The translations under genes were made by a program, and so were the position numbers. This document shows positions 37,801 to 51,402 of a DNA stretch of 64,000 nt, in pieces. Position 1 is the stretch's first letter; every line of letters starts with the position of its first letter. Origin of the DNA: Auanema rhodensis (taxonomy: Eukaryota; Animalia; Nematoda); assembly GCA_964057225.1 (NCBI GenBank), contig OZ059899.1, positions 13,578,001 to 13,642,000 of the forward strand, in the 5' to 3' direction. The notes under the pieces are model-generated. The model was not told where the DNA came from and did no database searches. It worked only from the letters and a program-made list of their open reading frames with translations.

Positions 37801-40800
37801 TATATCCATAACAATTGAAGAAGTAATTGGATAGAAAAAGAGCCCAGCATAATAAAAAATAAAGCTGGTCCTTCCCGTTAATCGAAAGTATTTTTCCATG
37901 CCTTTTATAAACATATTTTTGAGAAAAATTCAACAAATGGTTGATGTAGAAATGAAGAAATAGATTTAAAACGAAAAAGATAATATACTGAACGGTTGTC
38001 TTCCTGTTTTTATGTATTCCAAACAATTCTAATGATACCCTCAGAACGGTTGCATTCCATTTCACTATACAGTAGTAAATTCAAAGTTTTTCTTTTCAAA
38101 TAGATACCTTTCGTTTCATACTTGTCTATTTTAGAAAAGCCAACATCGCCACGACCAAACTCATCAAACCTAATCCAGGTTTTGAAGAATGGGAATAACA
38201 TGGTTCCACTTGTGGATTCCAAACAGAGCGACTACTCACAAGCGGCACAACCAATCGCCAACGTTAATAATGGAATGATGGTTTCTCCAATATCCCAAAA
38301 CGCTAAGGTAATGGTTTAGTGAATGATTTTTGTTCTCTTCTCTTTCTCGAAGTTACTCATTGCTTATCACGTTAACTAAAACTCCAACGCATTTTTTATC
38401 TTAAAACGTCGTATCGAATTTCTGAAAGTTTAAACTTCTCATGCTTCTCTTTCATGAATTTCGAATTAACTTTAAAACTCTGAAACATTCCTCGTGTTAA
38501 AATAGAATGAACGCTTTTTCTAAAGAGTTTGATTGCCTGGAGCAAATATACCACTATTTAGCCCTCGTATCTTTTTGTAAACAGTATTCGGCAGCTGTAA
38601 GCTACTGAACATATTTATAAAGTCTAGAAGTAAATTCATTTTCCACGAGTGACAGATGATGCAGAAGTTAGTCTGCCTGAACTACGCACTTTCGTGTTTC
38701 TCACAGATTTTGAACTCAATTTATATGTTGTATGTGAGAGAGAACTACAAAGGAACTACATACCTGCGTTATATCCTCAAGGTATCCTCCTTCAACTTAT
38801 ATTTATTTGACTTATCTCTTCAATAGTTTTCTCGTTTTTTTTTCAAAATTTTATCCGTTTACGTGCAAGTGCGTGTCAAAGCTCTTAAATTCCTTCTTTT
38901 CCTGAAACGACAGTTGTCATAAGTTCCGAATACGAAGAACTATGTGGTGAAATAGACACGCCTGTCCTCTAAGAGAGTGTATTCCAGCATTTTAAATATT
39001 GCCAGGAAGTTATTTTCCATTTTTCTGCAAGCTAATTATTTATTTTTTACTCCGTTCATTCGTATATTTTCATCAACTATTTTATATTTGGACGTGAAAA
39101 TACTTTTTCATTCATTGCTCCTCTTGCTTTTTCTCCTTTTTTATATTGCTTCGAGCGTTTGTCGAGAGCGAACGAAAAGTAAACCGTCTTTGAGAGCAAT
39201 CAATTTTCCATAAGGATTGCCTCAAATACGGCTTTTATCTATTACTGTCTCTTAGCTGTTAATCTATTTTCCTCTATTTTCGCTTTACATCATAGTTAAC
39301 GGTCACGACAATATGCTCATCATTATAAATACCATTGAGTTTTCATATTTCCACTAGACCGGAATGCTTAGACTTTATGAAAATATTTTTATTTTTCATT
39401 CCCACAGTCTAAAGCAACAGAATATAGTGCGAATTAGCAATTTTGCGATTCATATAATGTTTGCGCAGGTTTGAGATAGCATTTCAACAACCTTAATAAT
39501 CGAGATAAAAATATGTATTAAGCTTATCTCTTTTAACAAAGCCTTTGTGCTGTGAGGAGCAGAAACTCAATGTACTAATCATCATTTAGTTTTTTTCTTT
39601 TCTATTTTAAACTCTGAATGCCAAAGATTTGTATGATTATTGGTGAAAGGTGAATTTCCTTATGAAATACACAAGAATGTTGCTTTCTCTACATAGTCGA
39701 TACATCTTGTTTTTTCCTATTTGTCTTATTTTCGCTCTTTTTTTCTGTTTCTTCTCTGTTCTTTAACGTTTGCTGAAAAAATCTGCACATGATCTTTAAC
39801 ATAAAGATCATTTTTTTCCCTCTTCTACTGCAGGCAAAAATAAAACTCAATGTCTTTATGTCATTCAGCTGTTTGATGCTACTTCTCTTATGCAGAATGT
39901 TGTCAGAAGTTGTTTCTCTCTGCAAACTCTTTTTGTTCTTTGCTAGATAGATCGATTGTGATGAAACTAATGTCTTGGTTGGACCATTTGAAAGTGCAGC
40001 GAGTCATAATCTACTGTCGGTTTCTTCGCGCTTCATTATCTATGAATTAGAATGCTTCATATCAGCGTTCGTCCACACTAAAACGACAGCATACTGGCTA
40101 TTTGTATTGTGGTCAGTGCTGTAGATTGCTCGTAATTGACGAATAATCATGAAATATTGGTACAAAAAACGAAAATGCGAAATTCTTAGAATTAGACTAC
40201 GCCCCCTACATTAATTTTGATGTTATTGCTGATAACTGAGCAGACAGTGTGCTTTCCTGTACTTCCAAGCTGCGTAGATGGTTCGTAAGTGGTTAAGTCA
40301 GCAGATCCGCTGGCCTTTCTCGACAACTAACCAAGTGAAGACAATAGGATATGATGCCAGTGATCAAGCAGAAATTGAAGATGTTCAAGGTGTTTCAAAA
40401 GAAGTTAACTATGTAAGAGAAGTAAGATAAATTCTTCATGTCAAGTCGTTTTCAAGTCAGTCTATAAAGAAAGAATGACAAACGAAGCGATGATGTTGAA
40501 ATAGAGAGAAATATTGAGAGAAAGAGAGAAGCAGAGACTGCAGAGCGCCGAGCTGAACAGGTTCCATCTGTCTCTTATAGCCTGCCTTCAGAGTGAGTGG
40601 GGTGGGATGGGGGAGGTGATCCAATGTCTCGATAACAGCCTCATCCATCCATTGAGAGCCTTTCAACCTCTCAATCCCTTATGTTCTAGCTTCCGTTAAC
40701 CCACATATTGCTTGATTCTGTTTATCATGGAATTATCTGCAACTTATTCTTCAGTCTCAGGGTCACAACAGAAGTTAGAAAAAAGGTTGGACAAACTTGA

Positions 40801-42771
40801 AAGCCAACGTCATATTTTTCTTTACACTACTCTATTGCTTTTTCTCTTTTTCAATCTATATATATATATATATATTCTCAACATGATTATGGTGAACAGT
40901 GTTTGACTACTACATCATGATGAATATTCGTTTTGGTTGCTTTTTCCACGTCATCATTCCTTTTTTGAATCGGTTTTCTATTCTTCTATATCCCTCCATT
41001 TCAATGTTTTGTGTCAATGCATGCACATTGCAAAAAGGATGAAATTAGTTCTCCATTTCCAATGATTTTCCAGCTGCTCCCTGAAACTACTACAGCTTTG
41101 TTTTGTCGTGCTCAACACCAAATTTGTATGCATTCAGCTATATTTGTTCTTAACTACCATTTGATAGCAATCTATATGTTCACATAGTTTGTCTATGATA
41201 TCATTCTTTGTCCTTTTTGCTTTTTTTATCCATTCCATTACATCTTTTATCTCCAATGACATCATTAATAATCTCTTCATCTGTATTCACCTTCATTGTT
41301 AGAGTTCTTTTTGTTTCTCGTCATTACCACATCTTACCTGTAGCTTCTACAGTATCTCCGACATCATGCGTGTTCTCTGCCAAACACCACATTCCACTTC
41401 CACATTCCTTGATCAATTTGAACTTCGTCGGCAAACGGGGACTAGATCATCTGTTAGAGCTTCTACCAGTATTTGGGCAGAAGATTCTTCAGATGAAGAT
41501 CCTTCAGTTTATATTGCCCGATTAGAACTGAGACCAGGTAGAACACCGACAGCTGATGAAATCATCAAGAAACGGCTGTTAGGTAATAAGCAGAAACACA
41601 AAAAGAAGGTAAAAGTCAAGGCCATACTAAAGCAACTTCATGAAAGAGAAAAGAGAAATCCGTTCATTGCGTATTCTTGTTCAAAAAACTTATTTTCGTC
41701 TTTTCAGCCATTCGAAAATTACTTACTGCCGCCGGTTCGGCCAGCTGATTCAAACAAAAAATGTTTGATCATCGATCTCGATGAAACTCTGGTCCACTCC
41801 TCCTTCAAGGTATGCTCTTATTAATTTCATTTTTCTACAATTTTAAAAACTTGTTCTTACAGCCTGTGAAGAATGCCGACTTCGTGATTCCTGTAGAAAT
41901 TGATGGAGTGGAGCACAAAGTTTATGTACTTAAAAGACCATATGTGGATGAATTTTTGGCCCGCGTAGGAGAAAAATATGAATGTGTCCTCTTCACTGCC
42001 AGTTTAGCAAAGGTTTATACTTGCTTTTCATGCTATAGGCATTAACGAAACGAATGATCTTTGCAGTATGCTGATCCAGTTGCCGATCTTCTTGACAAAC
42101 GAGGAGTCTTCCGATCTCGTTTATTCCGTGAAGCATGTGTATTCCACAAAGGCAACTATGTGAAGGTTCGTATCTCTTTTCCTGTATAACACAGAGTGTT
42201 TTCGTTTCGAATGAACATATTCATAATATTGTTGTAGGATCTGGCTCGCTTAGGACGTGATCTCAATAAAGTAATGATCATCGATAACTCTCCAGCAAGT
42301 TATGCTTTCCATCCAAACAACGCTGTAAGTTGATATATTTTTCGAACTCTTTTAACAAATATAATATGCAACTAGCTTACTACATTGAGGAAAAGCTATT
42401 AGTCCATAACATGTTCAAAACAAAACGAAAAGCTGAAAGTGTTATCTTCAAGTATATATTGATTACATCAGCAAAAGTTGGCGTTTTCTAGTTTGCTGAT
42501 ATCAGACATGTCTGGTTTCTTTGTTTCCTATCGTTCGCAACTATATCTGAACAAAAAATGCATAATAAACAATCACAATAACTACAAAGAAAACATGACG
42601 TATGATTTTCAGATTCCTGTCCAAACCTGGTTTGACGACCCAACTGATGTAGAACTTCTGGACCTCCTTCCTGTCTTGGATCGCCTTGAGAAAACAGAAT
42701 CTGTCTATGATATTCTTGGGCAGAATCGTATGTCATCTCCAAAAGATGCTCTCTTGGAGAGATCAAACTAA
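27550..42771 (+). CDS. scpl-1: Small CTD phosphatase (SCP/CTDSP family), isoform with the conserved IITQV N-terminus
   Basis: Exons 27550-27582, 27627-27687, 37386-37475, 38135-38307, 41708-41809, 41863-42012, 42067-42165, 42238-42324, 42613-42771. Contains catalytic [11 protein letters not shown], plus [11 protein letters not shown] and [10 protein letters not shown]-terminus [16 protein letters not shown]...[24 protein letters not shown] parallels the vertebrate CTDSP1/CTDSPL IITQ...KPR...FCC pattern. Confidence 0.85.
34813..34850. repeat. (AT)n microsatellite
   Basis: Directly visible. Confidence 0.95.
36259..42771 (+). CDS. scpl-1: Small CTD phosphatase, long-N-terminus isoform
   Basis: Large first coding exon 36259-36994 (MTYVADDRR..., phase 1, donor GTAAGT) joins exon 37386 in frame and resembles the recalled MTY... 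start of the long C. elegans isoform. An ATG-free 349-nt leader follows a TTCCAG acceptor ending at 35909. Confidence 0.92.
40278..40412 (+). CDS. scpl-1: Candidate internal alternative first exon of scpl-1
   Basis: TAG|ATG start, 45 open codons ([45 protein letters not shown]), GTAAGA donor. Phase 0 matches the catalytic exon at 41708. Purine-rich island in a pyrimidine-rich intron. Confidence 0.6.
41366..41608 (+). CDS. scpl-1: Candidate internal alternative first exon of scpl-1 (acidic patch, then basic patch)
   Basis: 81 open codons from MRVLCQTP to [20 protein letters not shown] donor, phase 0 into 41708. CTACAG acceptor just upstream of the ATG. Confidence 0.72.
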
Positions 42772-45451
42772 CGATGTATCTGAATAGTTGCGATGCTTAA
42801 TTCAATTGATATCTTGTAATAAGCTGATTAGGCGGCAAGTTGTTCTTCCGTTTATATCAGCCATTAGTTTTTTCTTTGTTATCTGAGTATTAATCAGCAG
42901 CCACACCTCTGTCTACCAATTTTAAAAATACCGTGGTCCGTACCCGAAGTTCTGGCTTCAGGCCTTTTATAGCCGAATCCAGTTGTATTTAGTACCTTTT
43001 TTTCGCATTTTTCGCTACTCCAGCATGTTTCATGCATCTTTATCATACAGATACTAACCTAAATTACCTTAAAAAGCTGTTAATTCAGCTGTGAATATAT
43101 CAAATCGTACATATTATTATGTTTGTTCATCTGTATTGTATGTAGAATTTCCGCTGTTCATAGTTTTTCGCCTAGAACCTACTTTTTGTTCTCGTTTATG
43201 AGTGTCTCCTTTTTATTCATCCAGTCTCTCTGTCTATCTACTCGTACCTTATAATCTTCATACTAAATCCCGGTTAGTCTTCTTTTATTTATGCCAAACT
43301 TGAACATTTTACAATGTGACCTGTGATGCAACTTGTTGATCATTAGCCAAGTGCCTTGCGAAATTCTCACATAGACACATTTCTATATATGTATAATTTC
43401 ACAGTTTTTTTTGTACAAAGGGTAATAATTCTTACTCAATTTAGTATTAATATGCTCTTCATATTCTCTAATGGCAGTTTTCCTCATTACTCAGTTCTTT
43501 ATCAATCGGTGAGGTTTAGAAAACTAGTTTGTTGTTATTAATCCCGTTTATAAGTTTGCTCAATCCGGTTCACACTTCCCTGAAGGCCAAAAGCCCCCTT
43601 ACTCTTCCTTAACTTCCTATAGTCTCGGTTAAAATAATGACTCCTCCTCTTCCTCCTCCTCCTCCTATCTTTGTACGTGATTCTAATGCTGACAACTAAT
43701 ACTATCAGTTCTTGCTTTGACGAGCAAACTTGGATCAAACGTGCAAAGCAGACTATATACATATGCCCCCCTCCTGCCTCTATCTTGAACTCGTGATCTA
43801 ATAACCGATTCGATCTTGAAGCTCCCATCTTCCATCAACAGATTATAAATTGTATTTTGAGACCTTCGTACGTGGAGCTGACACCGGTGTCTGATTTCGG
43901 ATTTAATCATCATCACACATCATCACGTTTTCATTCGTGCTCTGTCATTTCTTTTCATTTTTTTTGATAATATGTTAGGTTATATAATGCCCAGAGATGT
44001 TAAAGATGTTATATATACATACTTTATTTATGTTCTAATAAAATTTGAACGATAAAAACATTTTTTATGAAGTCTTCCATGATTTTACATATTGAATAGA
44101 AATACGATACGATGTCAAGATGCCATGAAATCATAAAAATTAATGTCATTTTCAAAGATATCTGAGTTCATAATACAAAGGAATTGATGTGAGACAAAGA
44201 TTTGAAGTTGGTGAACCTGAATCCAATGGTCATTCCTGAATGTATTTTTATCTTCGAATAAATCTTCATATATGCATGAACGTATTCAAGCAATTTTAAA
44301 TTTAAAAGAATGAATTAACTGAAAATAGTAAAAACTAAAAGATGAAAAAGTAGTAAACGAATACTGTGAACAAAAAAGTTCAAATGTTCTGATATATCAT
44401 CAGGGAATTTACACGAAAATTAGCATAAAATATGATGGTGCGTGAAAAGTACGTGTGTTCGGTGGTCATGATCAGGATTATTTCAATCTTTACAAGGAAT
44501 CAGAACGGTTGTTTTCACTTTTTGTATTTCTATTCAGAAGCTGTGTGTAGACAAATGTTGAATAATTTTGTTTTTCTTCTTTTTAATTTTAAAAATATTT
44601 TTTTTTATTTATATGTAAATATAAATAATAGATAATAATTCATAATATTTTACAATGTTTAAGTGATATGAAGGTGGTCAGAAAATAAAAAAAAATAAAA
44701 AGAAAGAGAAACGAAATAACAAAACTGTACCCTTGTATAAACTAATTTTCATGATTGTGTAGCTGCAACCAAAACTAACTTTTTTGTCTGAAAAGGGAAA
44801 AAAGTCGGATATTTAGTGTAATGAGAAAAGGTGTTTTTTAGCGGAAGTATCAGTGTAAGAGTTCAAGGGATTAAGAGAGAAAAAGAGAAAAAGAGAAAAA
44901 GGGAAAGAGAGAGAATATGAGAGTGAAGAAAAAGTTCATAGAATTAGTGACTCAATTCTACATAACGTTATATCCCTCTTTTATTTTTATGAAACATGAG
45001 TTATATATAAAATTGTATTTTCATGTTATTTAACTTCAACTATTTTACAATTGTTAGCACTTAACCTAATAATAATCTAAACATTCGATGTATTACAAAT
45101 AAAAATATTATTTTTTCTTACAATCAATCAAAATAAAAATTTTAAAAATATTTTTATCATCTACCACAATGATTGAGAGAGAAAGCGAGATGGAGAGATG
45201 GAAGAGTATTTATCCATTTTCGAACACAGTTCATTCGAAGTCTGTTTGATTTTCATGTTATTTTTATAAAATACTTCGAAAAGTGCCATGTAAATTGAAA
45301 TCTTTTCCATGCTTTTCATTACAGTAGTTTTTGCTTTAACATACACTTTTTTACCTATCCGACCTGTTTCAAACGCTGATAAGATAAAAGAATTTTGATT
45401 GTCTCTCTTTCTATTCATTATTTTCTATTTTCTTTTAATTCTCAATTAAAA

Positions 45452-47279
45452 ATGGAAACAGATTGTATGCTTCCTAAGCCTGCAGCTACTAATGAGCAGA
45501 CCACCAAGAGTAAAGCTCAAAATGTTGAAATTTTCCGGAGCCAAGGAATATCGTGAGTTCATTTACAATCTTTTTTTCCTTTATTTTTCTATTACTTCTT
45601 TTTTTTTTCGTAGAGCTACTTCAAATCTGATTAACTTCGTATGTGGAATGCTTGGTCCAGGATGCTTCTCGGTAGCCATGTCGTTCCATCTGGCTGGCCT
45701 CTGGGTATCTATATTTCCATTAATTCTAAATTAATTTTAAAAAAGATATATTTCCAGTTATTATATGGTTGTACCTATATAGCATAGTTAATTGTCAAAT
45801 AAACTTATAGGCTGGACTTATACTAATGGTAGTGATTGGCTTATTAAGTTTACTTTCTATGTACAAAATTATATTGTGTTCACAATCCTTGGCTATGAAG
45901 TTGAATGAAAGCATTAAAATAAGGTTTCAACTTACAACCTTTTTAGGCTTGGTGACAAAAGCTTGGATTATGGTCAAATGGCGAAAGAAGCATGTAACAA
46001 TAGTTATGATTTCCTGAAGCCACATGCTCAAAAAGCTCAGTTTGAGTTTATTCTCATAGTTCTTACGTTATACTTTCTATCAGAATTCTTGTTAATATGT
46101 GTCTAATATGCTTTCAATTAGGAGTTTTATCTATTTCTCTAGTATTTGTATCTGAACATATTATTGAGGTATGAGTCTTTTCTTCTAAATTCTTTTAATT
46201 TTAATTTCAAATATTTAGATTCTTCAATTTTTCTATGGTGAAGATCATCATTATTCTATTATTCACATAATTTTAATTTATTTTATACCACAAATATGTA
46301 TAAATCTAGTAGGAAATATCAAATTCATAACAGCTTTCTCTGTTTTCGGTAATTTTGCTATTTTTGCTGCAATTGCTCTCATAACTAAAGTTGGTTTTTT
46401 TTTTGTTCTCAGTACGTTTCTGACGTTTTTATAGGAATTAATATTCCATTCACGATATCCTACCTATAGTTTACCAGCTGTAACTAACATCAACGGAATT
46501 ACAATAGCTGCCGGTGGACTGATATATGCTTTCGAGGGTCAAGCTATGGCAAGTTTACTTTAATATCATCTTTAACATTGAACTATATACAGGTTCTACC
46601 TCTTGAAAACAAGTTGAAACATTCAAGAGATATGATTGGAGCAACTGGGGTCTTAGCAACTTCGATGAACCTTGTCATTCTAATCTATATTTTTATTGGA
46701 TTCTTCGGTTATATTACATTTGGTCCAAACGTTGCTGGTAGTTTAACTCTAAACCTTCCTACCAATCTGTTTGATTTGACTCTATATTATCTCCTTAAAC
46801 AGCTGTTACAGAATCAGTACTGTTGTGAAGATGTTGTTGATTGGAAAAGTGTTTGTTGGATCAGCACTACAAATTTTGGTAATCGTTGAAATGATACATA
46901 ATCCATTTAAAAGAAAATACGAGAAAACATCTCCAAAAACTTCTAAATTAGCCGAATTTATAATACGAATTGCAATATCTGTAGTGGCTTGTAAGTATAA
47001 TACGTTTATTCATATAGTTTACAATCAATTTCAGTGATATTTGCTGTAACTGTACCTAATTTAGCTGAGATTATCCCGTTTGTTGGAATAACATCAGGAA
47101 TGCTACTATCTTTCATTCTCCCTGCAACCATTGATATGATTGTATTTCTTCCTCAAACTAAAAAAAATATAGGAAGCATCTTATATAGAACTATGCCTAA
47201 TTTATTTATTTTTCTATTAGGATGGTTCTTCATGATTATGGGTCTTTATTCATCCACTACAGCTTTTTTCAGAAAATAA
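45452..47279 (+). CDS. SLC36/PAT-like amino-acid transporter (Aa_trans family)
   Basis: About 10 short exons. Motifs: SATSNLINFVCGMLGPGCFSVAMSFHLAGLW, LDYGQMAKEA, FQLG, YAFEGQAMVLPLENKLK, GFFGYITFG, VPNLAEIIPFVGITSGMLLSFILPATID. AATAAA near 47374. Confidence 0.92.
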
Positions 47280-47749
47280 TTCATAATCAAATGGAAACTA
47301 TTTATTCTCATCATAATGATAATACTTGAAATACATACTGTTCTATTTTCAAATTTATTGATATAAATACAACAATAAATATTTTTATAGACGTTTTCTG
47401 TGCAGTATCTTTCAAATTATAATTATTTAGTATGAAATTTAATATAAAATAATCGGATAGACTTATCTATAGCGCTGTGAATTATATTTCTAAACGATGG
47501 ACGAGCACCAATTGGTCCCGTCACGATAAATATATTTTCTTGCCGTCCTTGAATGATGCATTTTACTTTCAAAGCTCTTTTACGATAAATATTTTAAAAA
47601 TGATTTATAATATTGATTTTTCATATTAAAATTAATAAAGTAAGGCGTAAATATTTGTATGTTTGTCCTTTTTCGAGTTGTGTTGTTAATACGTCGTAAT
47701 TTGAACCATTTTATTAAAATTTTAGCCTTTCAAGTTCAACTGGGCCGAC

Positions 47750-50700
47750 ATGTCGAAGTTTTTCCGACAAAACAGTTCTGACTCTTCAGACACTGAATCC
47801 AGTGAGGATGAGATTCAGGAAGTACCAGTAAAGAAAGTAGCCAACGCGTAATACCTCTTACAATATTGTTCGCTTTGCTAAATATTTTTTTTCAGCACCA
47901 ATATCTTCAGTTTACCCAGTGACAGTGAAGACGAGGAAAAACGTGTTGTACGTGCTCATAAAGATAAAAAGTTTGATGAACTTAAAGATATTGTTAGATA
48001 TATTCGCAATGGAAAAAACAATAAGGATATCACAAAATGTTTATCAGGTAATGACAATAATTTTTGATCGATAGTTTCTAATTTTGCATTTTGAGGTTTT
48101 GATGACTTAATCAAGACTTATGAAAAATCTAAGACTGTGTTCGCTCGTCAAAATATTTCTTTCCCTCGTTTCTTCGTTCGGTTCGTTTAGCTTATTTCAG
48201 TAATACGAATATTCCTCAATTTAGATGCTTAGCTGAGTTAGAGGACTTCACCAATAACCTTTGGGAGGACAAGGATGTTAAAGCGGTATGTGAATTTGAT
48301 ATTTATTTTGATACTATTTTTTATTTCTTTTAGTCTTTGTCTAAGAATAATGCTAAATCTTTAAAAGATTTACGTCAGAAAATTCGCAGATATATCAAAG
48401 ATATCGAAGACAAAGTTTCTGATTATAAGTCTAATGCTGACCCAGTTGGTTATGAAAGTCCTGAAGACGAGGTATGCTTTTGAATTTTATTTGCTTGATT
48501 CAGATTCATATCATTTCAGACTCCCGAAGCTGATGACTTGGAAGAGCCAACTAAGACTCAAGCCAAGGCTTCTGAGAAGTCCAAAAAGAATGTGAGTATT
48601 CAAGTGTTCTATTGAGATTATTTTTATATGTTTAGGATTATGATTCTGACAATGATAGCTTAGGAGAATGGTCATCAGACACTGACAGTGGATCATCTTC
48701 TGATTCCGATTTGGATTTCGATACCAAACAAATGGAGGATTTGAGAAGATACTTCCTCAAGAAGGAGTACCGTGGAGATACTGGACCTAAGGATGAGCAA
48801 AAGACTGAAAGAAGAAAGAAGAGAGAAGAAAAGAGCAGAGACGTTAAGGTGATTTTTTAAAATACCTTTCGAATATCAAATATAACTTTTAAAGACTCTT
48901 GATCTTGGAGACGATGAAGACGAAGAAGGAGAATGGACCCCAATTACAAAAGAAAAACCAGTTCAATTGTTTGATCCTAAAGCTGAAGTGACTCACGAGG
49001 TTAGGTTTTATCATCTACCTATCACTCATATGCACATATTCAGGCCATGATCACTAAGATCGAAGAAGTAATGGCTTCTCGTGGTCGTTTAGGAACTAAC
49101 AGAAAGCAACACGTCCGTGTTTTACAAGATTTATATCAAATTGCCGAGGAAGTAAGCTATATTGGATTCAATTTCCTGTATATTTTATTCATTTTAAGAA
49201 GAAATTGGGTCCTGGTATTCTCGTCAAGCTCTTGTTCAACATCATTTCTTCCTTGTTCGAGTTGAACACCAAAATCAGTGATTTCATGGAGTTCGTTAAC
49301 TTCAACAGGTAACTGGTCAACTGGTCTTGTTTCTGTAACTTGTATTTTATTACTTCATTTTAGAACTTTGACTGCTGTTAACAGCCTTCTCGATATGCTC
49401 ATTGAAAATCCTAATGTCAAGCTCTCCGTGAAATATACCGAAGAAGACGAAAACTTAAAGGTTTTTTGTTTTTATGATTTAGATATTCGTATGTATTATC
49501 TTTCAGAATGAAGCTGAACCATACAAAGTTCAAGGTTCTTTCTTGATGACTGTCCAGCGTCTCGACAATGAGTTGACTAAAATTCTCCAGAATACTGATT
49601 GCCACTCTAACGATTACATTGAAAAGTAGGTATTTTCATAAATTCCGTTTTCATTTGAAGTTTATAGGCTGAAGGGAGAGAAGGATATGTGCGACTTGAT
49701 TGAACGTACCCAGAATTACGTTGAGGAACGTGTTCATATGAACATCTTTGATGTTGATGAGATCTGTAAGATCTACATGATGAGAATTGAACATCTCTAC
49801 TACAAGGTATTACCACATGATGTTACAATTAGCTCATAATATTTCTTGTTTAGTACCACAATGGCAACGAAGGTGAGGACTCTATTTCATGTGTTATGGA
49901 AAGATTATGTAAGAAGATCTACCAACTCGATGATGAGAAGAGACTTAGGTACAATTGTTTGTTGTTTATCTACTTATGCATTTTGTAATTTGTAGGCAAA
50001 GAGCTATGTTGTGTCATATCTATTTCCTCGCCCTCCATGACGACTGGCACAGAGCTAGAGACATGATGCTCATGAGTCACTTGCAAGCTATCGTTGACCA
50101 CTCCGATACCGACACTCAAATTTTATACAATAGAACAATTTGCCAATTGGGACTCTGTGCTTTCCGTCACGGTTTCATCAAGGAGGCTCATCAAGGACTT
50201 GCTGAGATTCAAAATACTCAAAGAGCCAAGGAACTTCTCGCTCAAGCTGTTACCATGCGGCAACATGAGAAGACAGCTGAACAGGTATCTTTAAAATCTT
50301 TTCTCGTTTCGAATAGTTTTGTTGCATTTTAGGAGAAAATGGAAAGACAAAGACAAGTTCCATACCACATGCATATTAATGTAGATTTAATGGAATGTGT
50401 TTACCTTATCTGCTCCATGCTCTTGGAGATCCCTCATATGGCTAGCTACGAATTCGAAATGAGAAGACGTCTACTTAGTCGTAGTTTCCACTATCAGCTT
50501 AAGCAAAGCGAGAAGGTGCGTTCAAAGTATAATCGTTCTGTTTTACTTTGCTATTGTAGGCTTCCTTAATCGGGCCCCCTGAGATGACCAGGGAACACGT
50601 AGTTGCCGCTTCTCGTGCTATGCTTGCTGGAGATTGGAAGAAGTGCCGAGACTACATCGTGAACGAGAAGATGAACCAAAAGGTTGCATATCACTACTTG

Positions 50701-51378
50701 CCTTACTTATATATATATTTGTTAAGGTTTGGAACTTGTTCCGTAATGCTGAAACTGTGAAGACTATGGTTGTTACCAGAATTCAAGAAGAGACTTTGAG
50801 GTGCTTTTCACATTTTCTTTTATTTAAAACCTTCTATGCTGCAGAACTTACTTGTTGATGTATTCCACTGTCTACACCACCGTCTCATTAGAGAAACTTG
50901 CCACACTTTTTGAAATGGATAAGAAGCAAGTCCATAGCATTATTAGGTACGATTACTCGATATGGTGTTGACACTAGTTTTTAATATTTAGCAAGATGAT
51001 TATTCAAGAGGAACTTTCTGCCACCCTTGATGAGCCAACTGACTGTCTGATTATGCATCGTGTTGAGCCTAGCAGACTTCAAATGCTCGCTCTGAACTTA
51101 ACGGATAAGTTGCAAGCTCTTGCCGAGAACAATGAACAGGTATCGCCATTTTCTCAAATTTTCTTCTCATTCAAATGCTTTAGATTTTGGAACCAAGAAC
51201 TGGGAGAGCTGGTTATGCTGGTCCAGGAGCGTGGTTCACAGGGAGAACAGATAGACAAGGAGACAAACAAAAAGGAGCTGGGGGATTCCAGGCTGACGGA
51301 AAGCGTGGAGGAACCGGAGCATGGGGATCCCAAGGAAATGCTGCTAATCAACGACGACGTGATCAAAAGCGATTCTAA
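47750..51378 (+). CDS. eif-3.C: Eukaryotic translation initiation factor 3 subunit C
   Basis: About 20 exons. N-terminus MSKFF...[12 protein letters not shown]; [15 protein letters not shown]; [12 protein letters not shown]; [17 protein letters not shown]; [19 protein letters not shown]; PCI-domain end [16 protein letters not shown]; RG-rich tail. Confidence 0.97.
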
Positions 51379-51402
51379 ACGTTTGTTAGTTTTTCCCTTT
51401 AA

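Noticed and set aside
47280-47749. Operon link between the SLC36-like gene and eif-3.C
   Set aside because: About 350 nt from poly(A) signal to acceptor, with a GC-richer promoter-like patch; longer than a typical intercistronic spacer.
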